NCBI GenBank assembly: GCA_963674825.1
Contig: OY771587.1
Span: forward strand, 1,152,001-1,216,000
Direction of reading: 5' to 3'
Length of the DNA stretch: 64,000 nt
Source of the DNA: Candidatus Cloacimonadales bacterium
Lineage (GTDB): Bacteria > Cloacimonadota > Cloacimonadia > Cloacimonadales > JAIOQZ01
Positions 29,728 through 41,380 of this stretch are shown here, one piece after another; the first letter of the stretch is position 1, and each line of letters starts with the position of its first letter. The notes beneath the pieces are model-generated. The model saw only the letters and a program-made list of their open reading frames with translations, was not told the DNA's origin and made no database searches. The position numbers and the translations under genes are program-made.

Positions 29728-30756
29728 ATGAGCCAATATACTGATTTCGCAGTCGAACAGATCGCGTCGCTGTGCCGCATTCCCAGTCCCAGCGGTTTTA
29801 CCCAAAAAGCGCAGGCGTATCTGATGGACGAATTCATTTGCCTCGACTACCAGCCCTACCTGAGCCGCAAAGGCTCCGTGATCGTAGAACTCAGCGGTGA
29901 AGGCGAACCGCTGGTTCTGGCCGCGCACGTCGATACACTCGGCGCAATGGTTCGCAGCATCAAGTCGAACGGTAATCTGCGCGTCACGCAGGTTGGCGGT
30001 TACCCCTATAACTATATCGAGACCGAAAACTGCACCATACACACACGCAGTGGAAAAACCTACTCGGGTACCTTCCAGCTCTGCAACCCATCGGTACATG
30101 TCAACCACGAGGCAAGCTCGAAGAAACGCTCGGACGAGACGGTGGATATCGTGATCGACGAGAAAGTGAAGTCGAAAGAAGACGTGGAGAAACTCGGCAT
30201 TCGTGCCGGAGATTTTGTTAGCTTCGATTCCCGCACTGTCGTCACTGAGAGCGGCTTTATCAAGAGCAGGCACCTGGATGATAAAGCCAGCGCTGGTATT
30301 TTCATCTCGCTTGCAAAATGGGTGAAAGACGAAGAAATCAAGCTGAGTCGCAAGGTCTACCTGGTCTTTACAACCTACGAAGAAGTGGGCCACGGCGGAG
30401 CAGCGGGAATCCCCAAGGATACCGTGGAGATGATCAGCGTAGATATGGGCGCTGTGGGAGACGACCTGGAGACCGATGAGTTCAAGGTTTCCATCTGTGC
30501 CAAAGATTCCCACGGGCCTTACGATTACACCGTAACAAGCAAGCTGATCGAACTGGCGGACAGAGATAAGCTCAATTATGCGGTTGACATCTATCCATAT
30601 TACGGTTCGGATGTGGATGTGACGCTCGGAGCTGGTTACGATATCCTGCACGGCCTTATCGGGCCCGGCGTCTTCGCGTCGCACGGCTATGAAAGAACCC
30701 ATCGCGAGGCGGTGGAAAATACACTGAAATTATTGCAGGCATACATCACTGCCTGA
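29728..30756 (+). CDS. M42 family aminopeptidase
   Basis: PSPSGFT, AHVDTLG, SRHLDDK, EEVGHG, DMG, SHGYERTH. Confidence 0.92.
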   Translation: MSQYTDFAVEQIASLCRIPSPSGFTQKAQAYLMDEFICLDYQPYLSRKGSVIVELSGEGEPLVLAAHVDTLGAMVRSIKSNGNLRVTQVGGYPYNYIETENCTIHTRSGKTYSGTFQLCNPSVHVNHEASSKKRSDETVDIVIDEKVKSKEDVEKLGIRAGDFVSFDSRTVVTESGFIKSRHLDDKASAGIFISLAKWVKDEEIKLSRKVYLVFTTYEEVGHGGAAGIPKDTVEMISVDMGAVGDDLETDEFKVSICAKDSHGPYDYTVTSKLIELADRDKLNYAVDIYPYYGSDVDVTLGAGYDILHGLIGPGVFASHGYERTHREAVENTLKLLQAYITA

Positions 30757-30771
30757 TCGTACGGAGTCTTT

Positions 30772-31902
30772 ATGAAGCGATACGCGCCTTTCTGGATCTT
30801 CGTTATAATCGTCATAACAGCAAACCTGATAATCTATAAGCATTTCACTTCGAAGACGCTGCAACTGAGGGAGTCTTCGAGCAACGTTGTCGCGCAGAAT
30901 GTCGATTTCACGCGCGAAAATCCCATCACCCGCGCGGTGAAGGAAGTCGAGGTGGCTGTGGTAAGTGTCAACGTGCTTAAGACGCGCATTGTCAGGCGCT
31001 ACAACAACCCCTTCCAGAACCCGTTCTTCGGCTATTTCGATATCCCTTACCGGCAGGATGTACAGAGCATCGGTACCGGACTAATCATCGACGAACGAGG
31101 TTATATCGTAACCAATGGACATGTGGTCGAAGGCGCGACCAGCATCACCGTGATCCTCAACGATGGACGGAACCTGGATGCCGAGTTGATCGGCCTGGAC
31201 AGCGTCCACGACGTCGCAGTGGTGAAAATCTCCGGAGAAGACCTCCCTGTTGCGCGATTGGGAGATTCTGAAAGCCTTATCATCGGCGAATGGGCCATCG
31301 CGGTAGGAAATCCTTACGCCTATCTGATCAAAGACTCCAGACCCAGCGTCTCCGTAGGCGTGATATCCGCTGTGGAACGTAACTTTGCCGGCATCGGCGA
31401 AGGCAAGATTTACAAGCGCATGATCCAGACCGACGCAGCCATCAATCCCGGAAACAGCGGTGGACCGCTGGTAAATATTGAAGGCGAAGTGATCGGGCTC
31501 AATACATTCATCTTCTCTGAAACCGGTGAAAGCGTGGGTATTGGCTTTGCTATCCCCATCGACCGTGTGAAGAAAATCGCCCGTGAACTGGTTCGCTACG
31601 GCAAGATCCGGGATCGTCACTTCGGATTCGCTGTTGAGGATCTCAATCAGGCCATCGCGTCCCGTTTCCACCTGGAAAACCTCGACGGCGTAATCGTCGT
31701 AGGAGTGGAAAAAGACGGTCCTGCCGAACGAGCCGGACTCAAGCTCAACGACGTTATCCAGGTGATCAACGATTACCAGATCAAGAGCTTCGACGATGTT
31801 GCGCTGGCTGTTTCCGACCTTGCGGTTGGGGAAGAAATCAAGCTCAAGGTGTGGCGCGACGGCAAGGAAATGACATTCAGCTGGATCACGGAGGAGCTCT
31901 AA
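30772..31902 (+). CDS. HtrA/DegP-type serine protease with PDZ domain
   Basis: TNGHVV, DVAVVK, QTDAAINPGNSGGPL, one C-terminal PDZ, N-terminal TM. Confidence 0.93.
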   Translation: MKRYAPFWIFVIIVITANLIIYKHFTSKTLQLRESSSNVVAQNVDFTRENPITRAVKEVEVAVVSVNVLKTRIVRRYNNPFQNPFFGYFDIPYRQDVQSIGTGLIIDERGYIVTNGHVVEGATSITVILNDGRNLDAELIGLDSVHDVAVVKISGEDLPVARLGDSESLIIGEWAIAVGNPYAYLIKDSRPSVSVGVISAVERNFAGIGEGKIYKRMIQTDAAINPGNSGGPLVNIEGEVIGLNTFIFSETGESVGIGFAIPIDRVKKIARELVRYGKIRDRHFGFAVEDLNQAIASRFHLENLDGVIVVGVEKDGPAERAGLKLNDVIQVINDYQIKSFDDVALAVSDLAVGEEIKLKVWRDGKEMTFSWITEEL

Positions 31903-33546
31903 GTGCGAAAGTATAATCGGCGCATCATGTACATGACCGCGCTAATGATCATCTTTCTGCTCACCTTCTTCAAATTCCGTGTAACCTCGAACCGCGACCG
32001 CGTCGTGGCACGAGTCGGAGACCAGGAAATAACCTATATCGACTTCCTCGCTTATGCCGACCGGAGCGACGAGGATGATTTCCCTCTCAATGAAAAGATT
32101 AACCTTCTGGACAATATGGTCGTGCAGAAGGCCGTACTCGAATACGCTCAAAAGACAGGTATTTTCGAGGACGAAATCCGTGAACAGATCCAGAAGGAAA
32201 AGGATTATTCTTTCCGCTCCATCCTGGATCAGGAATTCACACGCTATGCCGCTGACACAGGAAGTGGTGTAACCGACGCAGAAGGGAAGGCTTTCTTCTC
32301 GCGACATCCTTATATTGCGCTCTACCGCATCGCCGTTCCGCGTATCAACGAAGGCTCGCGCAACCAGATCGGCATGGCGAAAGAGATGCTCGAAAGCGGC
32401 AAACCATTTATCGATGTGCTGAATGAATACGCCGACCCATCCTTGCAAAGCAACAATGGCTTTTACGGCTACTATCCGCAGAAGCTCTTCTCACCCGGTA
32501 CGCCGCAATATCTGGACGCGGCCGAGAAACTGACCGCTGCTGACCAGTACAGCGACATTATTGCTGATGGCTACCTCTACGAGATCCTTTATCGTGGCAA
32601 CGACCCTGATTTCGAACAGGTCTGGCCGCTGGTTTATGGCGAACTCCGCACCCGTAAGTACCGCAATATGATGAAAGAGCTCGAGGACGACCTCGCATCA
32701 CGCATTATCATCGACCGCAATTTCCTCACGGAAGTTAAGTTCATGGACGACGCGACGCTCAACGACCCCGAAACGCGCGCCCATATCGTAGTCAGGTACC
32801 GTGAAGAAGGAAACACCATTCGGATGGAGGAATTCGCACAAATCCTTAAGGATCGCTTCAGCATCGTTGATCCGCGTGACGCAGCACCCGGCTGGCTGCT
32901 CGATACCGCGTATGCTATTGCGCGCGAGGAGCTTCAGGTGCAGTATGCGCGGGATATCCACATCGATAACACACTGCGATTCAAGCTGCACTGGCTGATG
33001 AATCAGCTTGAGCTGGAGCAAGCTCGCGGCGCTAAGCTGGTACAGTTCATCGAAGACCGAGAAATGCAGATCAGCGACGAGGAGATCATGGCACGCTACA
33101 AGCAGAATCCCGATCGCTATCATCGATCCGATATCTTCAAGCTGCAAAAGATTGTCGTTCCCGATCACGAAATCGCTAAGGCCGCCTTCCGCGAGGTTCA
33201 AGCCGGACTCGATTTCACCGACGCTGTGCTAAAGTATTCCACGGAAGAGAACAAATCCTTCACGAAAGGCATCTCCGCCCCCATGAATAGAGAGTTCCTC
33301 AAGGACACCTACGACGTTATCAAGCCGTTCAACGCCGGCGATATTGTCCCACCCGTTCCCGAGGACGACCACTATGTGATCTACAAGATCCTCCAACGGA
33401 TCGAAGGCGCGCAACTGACCTTCACGCAGGTCAAAGAGCCGCTCCGAAAAGAGCTTCTCGATGAGAAGTGGGATAAGTGGTTCGAGCAATTGCAAACCGA
33501 CCACGGTATCAAGGTCGAAAAGTATTACGAAGAGCTGGAAGGGTAG
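31903..33546 (+). CDS. Parvulin-type PPIase/chaperone (SurA/PrsA-like), two rotamase-like domains
   Basis: N-terminal TM, VVARVGDQEIT, two G..F…..YS/A segments, ISDEEI..Y; GTG start abutting the htrA stop. Confidence 0.7.
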   Translation: MRKYNRRIMYMTALMIIFLLTFFKFRVTSNRDRVVARVGDQEITYIDFLAYADRSDEDDFPLNEKINLLDNMVVQKAVLEYAQKTGIFEDEIREQIQKEKDYSFRSILDQEFTRYAADTGSGVTDAEGKAFFSRHPYIALYRIAVPRINEGSRNQIGMAKEMLESGKPFIDVLNEYADPSLQSNNGFYGYYPQKLFSPGTPQYLDAAEKLTAADQYSDIIADGYLYEILYRGNDPDFEQVWPLVYGELRTRKYRNMMKELEDDLASRIIIDRNFLTEVKFMDDATLNDPETRAHIVVRYREEGNTIRMEEFAQILKDRFSIVDPRDAAPGWLLDTAYAIAREELQVQYARDIHIDNTLRFKLHWLMNQLELEQARGAKLVQFIEDREMQISDEEIMARYKQNPDRYHRSDIFKLQKIVVPDHEIAKAAFREVQAGLDFTDAVLKYSTEENKSFTKGISAPMNREFLKDTYDVIKPFNAGDIVPPVPEDDHYVIYKILQRIEGAQLTFTQVKEPLRKELLDEKWDKWFEQLQTDHGIKVEKYYEELEG

Positions 33547-33557
33547 GGGAAAAGAGA

Positions 33558-33691
33558 AGGGCAATCCAATGGATTGCCATACAGTATCATGGAAATCTTG
33601 CACAAGCGGTAGGGGCAGATCACCGTGTCTGCTGCTCACTATAGATTCATCCTCAAAACAATAAAGGGCAATCACAGTTGATTGCCCCATC
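33558..33691. repeat. BIME-like cluster of three alternating GTAG-type REP palindromes
   Basis: 33558-33582 (-), 33609-33636 (+), 33665-33691 (-), all resembling 5655-5681. Confidence 0.7.
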
Positions 33692-33711
33692 AATAGAGTC
33701 TATTTTTCGTA

Positions 33712-34683
33712 CTACAGATACCAATCGTCGGTCATGAGGTAATTGCGGATATAATCGGCAATGGCGTCTTCGAGGGTATGGGTTTCGATTTCGCATCCGG
33801 CGGACTTGATTTTATTCATCTCGGCCTGTGTGAAATACTGGTACGCGCCCTGAAGCTGGTCTGGCATGTCGATATACTCGATGTTGGGCTCTTTCCCCAT
33901 CGCCTTGAACACAGCATTAGCGAGGTCGTTCCAGGTGTTTGCCTGGCCGGTACCGATATTGAATATACCGTTCACGTCCGGGTGATTCAACAGCCACCAC
34001 ATATATTCCACCGCGTCTTTCACGTACACGAAATCGCGCTTCTGTCCGCCATCGGGATACTCGTCTCTGTATGACTTGAACAGCTTGATCCCGCCGGTAT
34101 CGCGAACCTGCTCGAACGCCTTCTGCACCATGCTGCGCATGGAACCCTTGTGGTATTCGTTGGGTCCGAACACGTTGAAGAACTTCAGTCCCGCAAGCTT
34201 CGCAATCGCGCCGGAGCGGATCGCCCAGAGATCGAAGACATGCTTGGAATAGCCGTACATATTGCGTGGACGTAGAAGCTGGAGGATGTCTTCGTTGTCG
34301 CTGTAACCGTGTTCGCCTTCGCCATACGTAGCCGCGCTGGATGCGTAGATGAAGCGGACGTTTCTGGCTATGGCCCATTCGGCCAAGACGCGCGTGTAAC
34401 GGTAATTGTTTTCCATCAAATAATCTGCGTCAGTTTCAGTTGTAGAAGAGCAAGCGCCCATGTGGACGATGGCATCGATTTCTCCATCGAAATCACCCAT
34501 TTGAAGCTGCTCAAGGAAATCTATCTTGTGCAGATAATCCATGTAGCTGAGATTGACCAGGTTCTTCCACTTGATCGATTCCGCAAGGTTGTCTACGATG
34601 AGAATATCGGCAATTCCCTCTTCGTTCAAACGCGATACAAATGCGCTCCCAATAAGTCCTGCACCACCAGTTACGACGATCAT
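33712..34683 (-). CDS. hldD: ADP-L-glycero-D-manno-heptose 6-epimerase
   Basis: MIVVTGGAGLIGS, HMGACSSTTE, YASSAATYG, YGYSK, FFNVFGPNEYHKGSM, YQYFTQA. Confidence 0.95.
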   Translation of the reverse strand: MIVVTGGAGLIGSAFVSRLNEEGIADILIVDNLAESIKWKNLVNLSYMDYLHKIDFLEQLQMGDFDGEIDAIVHMGACSSTTETDADYLMENNYRYTRVLAEWAIARNVRFIYASSAATYGEGEHGYSDNEDILQLLRPRNMYGYSKHVFDLWAIRSGAIAKLAGLKFFNVFGPNEYHKGSMRSMVQKAFEQVRDTGGIKLFKSYRDEYPDGGQKRDFVYVKDAVEYMWWLLNHPDVNGIFNIGTGQANTWNDLANAVFKAMGKEPNIEYIDMPDQLQGAYQYFTQAEMNKIKSAGCEIETHTLEDAIADYIRNYLMTDDWYL

Positions 34684-35606
34684 TCCATTACTCCTTCTAT
34701 TGTCCGTTGCTGGAGTTTATCATAATTTCGGAAGTGTATTTTGGCAACGTTTTTCAGCTCGGAACGGCCAAATTTCCTGTCAAACTCCCGCGCAGCAACG
34801 TCAACAGGTGCACCGCCACCCTTGGGAAACACCATTCCGTATTTCTTGGAAAGATTGTCCATTTCGACCAGAAACCGGTGACGCGCCAGGATTGATGCCG
34901 CCGCCACAGCAGGGTCCGCTTCTGCGCGTACCACGTTGACAAGCGGAATGTTAGATATATCCTTCAGGCCACCCTTCAGCACCCGATTGTCAGCAAATTT
35001 ATCCACGATAAGCCCCTCAGTGGGAAAACGCTTGTAGCTGTTTGCCAGCACTCTGGCATGCATCCAGCCCAGAAGTTGATTCAGCTTCTTCCCCTGTGAG
35101 CGGAAGTTTTCGTAGAGCTCGTTGTACTTGGATGGCATCAGTGCCAGGATCTCAATCCTGTATTTGAATCGTTGCAGAAGCTTCTCCGCAATCTGATGGA
35201 TGTTCTTGTCGGTGATGCGCTTGGAGTCGTCCAGCGGATAGCCGCGCAGATTCTTGAGCGTCTCCTGATCCACATTGAACGCACACACAACCAGCGGCCC
35301 AAAGAAATCGCCCTTTCCTGACTCATCAGATCCGATCCAGCTCTTCCAGTCGTGCAGGCTCGATTGTTCGTGACGGTGAAGGATCTGACTCACTTCATCT
35401 TTCAGAGGATTGTCTTTCTTACCACCATATACGAGCGACAGCCCCTTTTTCTGGGACCAGTAGATGTTGAGCGGTAACGAGGCGGTACCTTTTTGAAACG
35501 TCAGCTGAACGCCGTAAGGTATCTCTTTTTCGTCTGTCAGCATGATTCGTGATTTTTCAAGCTTGGGAAGATTCTCTTCAAGCCAGATCATGATCTGTTT
35601 TTCCAC
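34680..35606 (-). CDS. rnhC: Ribonuclease HIII
   Basis: IGSDESGKGDFFGPLVV, DSK, YN, VAAASILAR, AKIHF.N; extra N-terminal domain. Confidence 0.9.
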   Translation of the reverse strand: MEKQIMIWLEENLPKLEKSRIMLTDEKEIPYGVQLTFQKGTASLPLNIYWSQKKGLSLVYGGKKDNPLKDEVSQILHRHEQSSLHDWKSWIGSDESGKGDFFGPLVVCAFNVDQETLKNLRGYPLDDSKRITDKNIHQIAEKLLQRFKYRIEILALMPSKYNELYENFRSQGKKLNQLLGWMHARVLANSYKRFPTEGLIVDKFADNRVLKGGLKDISNIPLVNVVRAEADPAVAAASILARHRFLVEMDNLSKKYGMVFPKGGGAPVDVAAREFDRKFGRSELKNVAKIHFRNYDKLQQRTIEGVME

Positions 35607-35851
35607 CTGCGAAGAACTCCTTATTCGGATTTGTGCCGAGTATTTTCATAGCGTTGATATCGTCAACAAACGAATATCGTGTGTGGCTGTTTCCAGGATA
35701 ATGAATACGCTCACATATTAACCCAATATAATTAATAGAAATATGTCAGAAAATCAGCGCTAAAGAGAAATTTATATTGACGATAATTTCAATATTACAC
35801 TATCCTATAATAGTGGGCTGGGGGTGATGAAAACCGTTATCGGGAGGCCTA

Positions 35852-37771
35852 ATGAAGAGTTGCACCGACGATTTAACTACACTTCAACATGAAAATGCTC
35901 GACTTGAAGCTCAAGTATCCAATTTAACGACCAGTCTCCACACATTCGATGTCACATTGCGAAGCATTGGCGATGGGATCATCTGCACAGACCTCAATCG
36001 TACGATCACTATGATCAACCAGGCTGCATCAAATTTGACGGGATGGCAAGAGGACGAAGCCATCGGGAAACCGTTGCTTGAGGTGTTCAATATTATCAGC
36101 GAGGAGACCAGAGAAAAGGCGAAAGATCCTGTCGCGCTCGTGCTCAAGTCCGGGCATGTGGAAGGCCTGGCAAATCATACGCTATTGATCCGAAAAAATG
36201 GCGAGGAATTACCTATCGCTGACAGCGCTGCGCCTATCAGTGACTCGGAAGGAAACATCTCCGGCGTGGTTCTCGTCTTCCGCGACCAGACAGAACAGAG
36301 AAGAGCCGAAGAAACGCTCAAATGCGAACACGACCAGATGCTGGCATTGTTCGACGGTATTGACGACGTAATCTATGTCGCAGATCCAAGAACCTATGAG
36401 CTTCTTTACTTCAATACAAGCGCGCGGAAGACGTGGGGAGAAGACATTATAGGAAAGAAATGCTACAAGGTACTCCAAAACCTCGATGCGCCGTGCCCCT
36501 TCTGCACCAACGACAAGATATTAGGTGAATACTTCGGAAAGTCGTATGTGTGGGAATTCCAGAACATGGTCGCGAGGAACTGGTATCGTTGCTCCGACAA
36601 GGCAATCCGTTGGATTGACGGACGTTACGTCCGCTTTGAAATTGCTGCGGATATCACCGAGTTTAAAAACACCGAATTGTCGTTGCAAAAAAGCGAGGCA
36701 TTTAACAAAGCGCTGATCAACAGCATTCCCATGAAGATGTTCATCAAAGATCCTGATCTGAACTACATCATGATCGACCGTGGTTATGCTAACTCTCTTG
36801 GCCTGGAACCGGAAGAAATCGTCGGAAACAACGATTTTGACTATTACCCGAGCGAACTTGCCGAGAAATACAGGGCAGACGATCGGGAAGTATTACTTAG
36901 CGGTGAGGTTAAAGATGTCGAAGAACCTTTCGTCTTGGGCGGGAACGAATATTGGGTACACACAATAAAAAGCCCAGTCCGTAACGCAAAACGAGAGATA
37001 ATCGCTCTATTGGGATTGTTCGAAGATATCACCCGCAGAAAACAGACGGAGTTCGAGCTGATTAAGACCATGGAAGCATTGAAGATATCGAATCAGGAGC
37101 TTGAACAATTCGCGTATGTTGCCTCCCATGATCTTCAAGAACCTCTTCGGATGGTTTCCAGCTACACACAGCTCTTGGAAAAACGATACAAGGATCAACT
37201 CGACCAGGATGCAAAAGACTTCATCAATTATGCAGTCGACGGCGCAAACCGCATGCAGAAACTGATTCAGGATCTCCTGTCCTTCTCGCGCGTTACCACA
37301 AGAGGCAGAGAATTCGTATCAATCGATACACATGAACCTCTTGGGGAAGCGGTCAGCAATCTCCAGATGATCATCCGCGAAAGTGGCGCAATGGTCAGCA
37401 ATGACGAGCTACCACCGGTGCGCGGCGATTATTCGCAGATCGTTCAGTTGTTCCAAAATCTCATTTGCAATGGAATTCGCTATCAGAAAAGAGGGGAAGC
37501 GCCACGAATTTATATCCACGCTCTAAAATCCCCATCGAATCAGAATCAAATCGAGTTCACCGTTTCCGATAATGGTATCGGAATCGAAGATAAGTATTTC
37601 GAAAGAATCTTCGTGATTTTCCAACGACTTCATGGAAGGCAGGAGTATCCTGGAACAGGCTTGGGCCTTGCGCTATGCAAGCGCATCGTCGAAAGGCATG
37701 GTGGCCGGATATGGGTCGATTCAGAATTCGGCAAAGGATCAACCTTCCACTTCACGTTACCCTCTGCGTAA
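35852..37771 (+). CDS. Multi-PAS sensor histidine kinase (phytochrome-type transmitter, no PHY domain)
   Basis: Three PAS/PAC units; [15 protein letters not shown]-box; DNGIG, GTGLGLA. Confidence 0.93.
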   Translation: MKSCTDDLTTLQHENARLEAQVSNLTTSLHTFDVTLRSIGDGIICTDLNRTITMINQAASNLTGWQEDEAIGKPLLEVFNIISEETREKAKDPVALVLKSGHVEGLANHTLLIRKNGEELPIADSAAPISDSEGNISGVVLVFRDQTEQRRAEETLKCEHDQMLALFDGIDDVIYVADPRTYELLYFNTSARKTWGEDIIGKKCYKVLQNLDAPCPFCTNDKILGEYFGKSYVWEFQNMVARNWYRCSDKAIRWIDGRYVRFEIAADITEFKNTELSLQKSEAFNKALINSIPMKMFIKDPDLNYIMIDRGYANSLGLEPEEIVGNNDFDYYPSELAEKYRADDREVLLSGEVKDVEEPFVLGGNEYWVHTIKSPVRNAKREIIALLGLFEDITRRKQTEFELIKTMEALKISNQELEQFAYVASHDLQEPLRMVSSYTQLLEKRYKDQLDQDAKDFINYAVDGANRMQKLIQDLLSFSRVTTRGREFVSIDTHEPLGEAVSNLQMIIRESGAMVSNDELPPVRGDYSQIVQLFQNLICNGIRYQKRGEAPRIYIHALKSPSNQNQIEFTVSDNGIGIEDKYFERIFVIFQRLHGRQEYPGTGLGLALCKRIVERHGGRIWVDSEFGKGSTFHFTLPSA

Positions 37772-37789
37772 TGAGGGAAAGGATCTACT

Positions 37790-38239
37790 ATGACGCGACG
37801 TTCGATGGGAAACGCAATCGATATTCTTCTTGTGGAAGATAATGAAGGAGATGCACGGCTCGCAAAAGAGGCAATGCGCGACAGTAAAATTGAAAACACC
37901 ATCTACCATGTCCTCGATGGCGTTGAAGCAATGAAATTCCTTCGCCACGAAGGGGAATACGCAGATTCTCCACGACCAGATTTGATCCTGCTGGACCTGA
38001 ACCTGCCCAAGAAAGATGGCCGAGAGGTTCTCGCCGATATCAAACAGGATGACTCGCTTAAGCGCATTCCAGTCGTTATCCTTACTGTCAGCAGCGCTGA
38101 AGAAGATATCCTGAAGTCGTACAATCTACACGCGAATTGCTATATTTCCAAGCCGATCGATCTCGACCAGTTCATGAAAGTCGTGAAATCGGTCGAAGAT
38201 TTCTGGCTAACCATTGTGAAGCTCCCCAATGAAGCCTGA
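37790..38239 (+). CDS. Single-domain response regulator (Rcp-like)
   Basis: ILLVEDN, PDLILLDLNLP, SY.LHANCYISKP. Confidence 0.93.
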   Translation: MTRRSMGNAIDILLVEDNEGDARLAKEAMRDSKIENTIYHVLDGVEAMKFLRHEGEYADSPRPDLILLDLNLPKKDGREVLADIKQDDSLKRIPVVILTVSSAEEDILKSYNLHANCYISKPIDLDQFMKVVKSVEDFWLTIVKLPNEA

Positions 38240-41066
38240 GGGCGCATCTATGGAAAGTGATCAGATAAAGGTTTTGTTGATTGAGGACAATCCCGGAGAC
38301 GCCAGACTGATCCAGGAAATGCTGCGAAGCCTCAAGCATGCGCAAATACAGCATAAGACCTGCCTGAAAGACGGCCTCCAATACCTCCTCACTGAATCCG
38401 TGGATGTTGTTCTACTCGATCTCGGACTACCTGACAGCCAGAACCTCGATACTTTCTACATTGTGAAGAAAAACTCGCCATTCACGCCTGTCGTGGTACT
38501 CACCGGTAATCGTGACGAAGAAGTCGGAGAGAAAGCGGTTCAAGAAGGCGCTCAAGATTTTTACATCAAAGGCGAAATCGATGAATACTCCCTTCGGCGA
38601 GCCATTAAGTACGCCATGGAAAGGTTCGAGATCCATGAGCAGCTGAATCACCTGAACCATGTGCTGATGTCGATTCGTAATGTGAATCAGCTTATCGTGC
38701 AAGAGCGTGACCCCAAGCAGTTGGTCCAGAAAATCTGTAATGTGCTGGTGGACAATAGAGGCTATAACGCAGCCTGGATCGCCCTTGCTGATACAGATGG
38801 GAAGCCCTACCTCGCAGCTCATTGTGGTTGGAACGATCATTTCGATTCGGTTGAAGATATTCTTTCAGAAGGCATCTGGACTGCGTGCCATGAAACCATA
38901 GAGAAATCGGGTGACGACATCATAGTCATAAATCCACAAAATCAATGCGATGGCTGCCCATTGAGAGAGTTTTACGGCGGTGATTTGTCCATCGTTATCG
39001 AGCTTCGACACGGAGACAGATGTTATGGCATGCTGGTAGCGGCATTCCACTCGAAAATCAATATGGACGATTTCGAGAAATCTCTGATCAGAGAAGTAGC
39101 TGGTGATATCGCTTTCGCACTTCACTCGATAGATCTCGAAGAGCGCGAAAAGGAAATCGAGAAACAGTATCAAAGGCTTTATAAGACAATGGCACAAGGT
39201 GTCGTCTTCCAAAATAGCGAGGGCCAGATCATTCACGCCAATCCCGCGGCAGAAAAGATATTGGGGCTGACACTGGATCAGATGCAAGGCCGAACGTCAA
39301 TCGATACACGCTGGAGAGCAATCCGTGAAGATGGATCTGATCTTCCCGGCGATGAGCATTTCGCCATGATCGCCCTTAGAACCGGGCAATCGGCAAGTGG
39401 TATAATGGGGGTGGTAAATTCCCAGACAGCCCAATACACATGGATCAATGTCCACGCAGTTCCAGAGTATGATGATTCCATGACGAAACCGATTGGAGTA
39501 TTCTCGACATTCGAAGATATCACGGAGCGAAAGATCGTCCAGCAACAGCTTGCAGAGAGTGTAGAGAAATACCGTGCAATGGTTCAGAATATCGGAATTG
39601 GCGTAACGATGATAAGTCCCGATATGCGCATCCTTGAAATGAATCGTCAAATGCGCGAATGGTACCCCGGAGTCGATATATCCAGAAATCCTCTGTGTTT
39701 CCGTCATTTCCGCAATCCTGCGAAAGACGAGGTATGCGATGAATGCCCAACCGTCATGGCACTTAGAACCGGGAAGGCAGCCGAAACAATCATCGATGTC
39801 GATTTCGGAGGAAAAACCAGGAGATTCAGAGTCGCCGCATCCCCCATCCGCGACGAGAGCGGGGATGTTGTCGCCGCAATCGAGATGGTCGAAGATATCA
39901 CTGAACGACTGTCACTGGAAGAACAGCTCCGTCAATCTCAGAAACTTGAAGCAATCGGGCAGCTTGCAGGCGGTGTGGCTCATGATTTCAATAATATGCT
40001 GGGCGTCATCATCGGTTACGGTGAACTGATGATGGACACCATGCACGAAAACGATCCTCTTCACGAACTCGCGAACGAAATCGTGAAAGCCGGACAACGT
40101 TCAGCCGGACTCACTCGACAGCTCCTCGCTTTCAGCCGCAAGCAAACCTTGCAATTGCGCATCGTCGATCTGAATATGCTGATTGAGAACCTCAACAAGA
40201 TGCTCCGCAGACTCATCGGCGAGGATATCGATTACGAAACCTATCTCACACCAGATCTCGACCTTGTGGAAGTCGATCCGGGACAAATCGAACAGGTTAT
40301 CATCAACATGGCGGTCAATGCCCGGGACGCCATGCCGCATGGCGGAAAGCTGACAATCGAGACTCGGAATTTCGAAGTCAACGAAGAGTACGTCTGCACA
40401 CACTACAACGTGGATGAAGGAAGGTATGTCTCGATCCTTATTTCGGACAACGGAATAGGTATGGACGAAGAGACGCGCAGAAAAATCTTCGAACCTTTCT
40501 TTACCACGAAAGGAAAGGGCAAAGGAACCGGACTGGGCCTTGCAACCGTTTACGGAATCGTTCGGCAGTTGGGGGGTACTATCATGGTATATAGTGAGGA
40601 GGATAAGGGTACAACATTCAAGGTACTCCTGCCCATCTCGAAATCCGGCACTGAAGAACCGCAACAGGCTCCATTATCAGAAAAAACCATCTCGCTCTGC
40701 GAGAAGAAGATATTGATTGTCGAAGACGACGACTCCCTGCGATTTTTAATCCAGCGAGCCTTCAAAAAATTGAATTGTGAGGTCAGGACATCCGCCAACG
40801 GTGGCGAAGCGCTGCTGGAAGTTGAAGAGAAAGGCTTTGTGCCCGACATCATCGTGACGGACGTCGTGATGCCCGAGATGAGTGGAAAAATCCTGATCAA
40901 TAGGCTGCGCAAGACCATGCCCAATCTCAAGTTCGTGTTTATGTCAGGTTATACTGACAACGCCATCGTTCATCACGGCATTCTCGATCCCGATACACCA
41001 TTTATTCAGAAGCCCTTCAACATGAAGGATTTGATAAAAAAGATCGAAGATACCTTGAACTCGTAG
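38229..41066 (+). CDS. Hybrid histidine kinase REC-GAF-PAS-PAS-HisKA-HATPase-REC
   Basis: N-terminal REC (LLDLGLPD), [17 protein letters not shown]…GTGLGL, C-terminal REC (TDVVMP…QKPF); start may be 38250. Confidence 0.93.
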   Translation: MKPEGASMESDQIKVLLIEDNPGDARLIQEMLRSLKHAQIQHKTCLKDGLQYLLTESVDVVLLDLGLPDSQNLDTFYIVKKNSPFTPVVVLTGNRDEEVGEKAVQEGAQDFYIKGEIDEYSLRRAIKYAMERFEIHEQLNHLNHVLMSIRNVNQLIVQERDPKQLVQKICNVLVDNRGYNAAWIALADTDGKPYLAAHCGWNDHFDSVEDILSEGIWTACHETIEKSGDDIIVINPQNQCDGCPLREFYGGDLSIVIELRHGDRCYGMLVAAFHSKINMDDFEKSLIREVAGDIAFALHSIDLEEREKEIEKQYQRLYKTMAQGVVFQNSEGQIIHANPAAEKILGLTLDQMQGRTSIDTRWRAIREDGSDLPGDEHFAMIALRTGQSASGIMGVVNSQTAQYTWINVHAVPEYDDSMTKPIGVFSTFEDITERKIVQQQLAESVEKYRAMVQNIGIGVTMISPDMRILEMNRQMREWYPGVDISRNPLCFRHFRNPAKDEVCDECPTVMALRTGKAAETIIDVDFGGKTRRFRVAASPIRDESGDVVAAIEMVEDITERLSLEEQLRQSQKLEAIGQLAGGVAHDFNNMLGVIIGYGELMMDTMHENDPLHELANEIVKAGQRSAGLTRQLLAFSRKQTLQLRIVDLNMLIENLNKMLRRLIGEDIDYETYLTPDLDLVEVDPGQIEQVIINMAVNARDAMPHGGKLTIETRNFEVNEEYVCTHYNVDEGRYVSILISDNGIGMDEETRRKIFEPFFTTKGKGKGTGLGLATVYGIVRQLGGTIMVYSEEDKGTTFKVLLPISKSGTEEPQQAPLSEKTISLCEKKILIVEDDDSLRFLIQRAFKKLNCEVRTSANGGEALLEVEEKGFVPDIIVTDVVMPEMSGKILINRLRKTMPNLKFVFMSGYTDNAIVHHGILDPDTPFIQKPFNMKDLIKKIEDTLNS

Positions 41067-41088
41067 AACCCAAGCAAAGGAGCAACAA

Positions 41089-41307
41089 ATGGCCGATTGT
41101 GAGTGCTTGCCGAAGTGCCCGTTCTTCCATGATCGAATGACGAACATGCCGGCAGTTGCAGAAATGATGAAAAAGCGATACTGTAAGGGCGATAGCAGCG
41201 GATGCGCCCGGTACATGATCTTTAAAAAGCTGGGCAGAGAGAAGGTTCCGGCAGATCTCTTCCCTCACATGAAAGAAGTTGCCGAACAGATCATCTCAAA
41301 GGGATAA
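41089..41307 (+). CDS. Small Cys-rich hypothetical protein (72 aa)
   Basis: AAGGAG RBS; CxCxxxCPFF…YC…CARY…P.DLFP. Confidence 0.8.
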   Translation: MADCECLPKCPFFHDRMTNMPAVAEMMKKRYCKGDSSGCARYMIFKKLGREKVPADLFPHMKEVAEQIISKG

Positions 41308-41330
41308 CTTAATTCTATCCCGAAAAGATT

Positions 41331-41355
41331 AAGGGCAACCGTGATGGTTGCCCTT
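41331..41355. terminator. REP-like hairpin between convergent genes, probably a bidirectional terminator
   Basis: AAGGGCAACC-gtgat-GGTTGCCCTT. Confidence 0.6.
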
Positions 41356-41380
41356 GTTTCTTTATATAAATAAAGCCATC

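Noticed and set aside
35852..37771. Bacteriophytochrome
   Set aside because: Only the transmitter is phytochrome-like; there is no PAS-GAF-PHY bilin module
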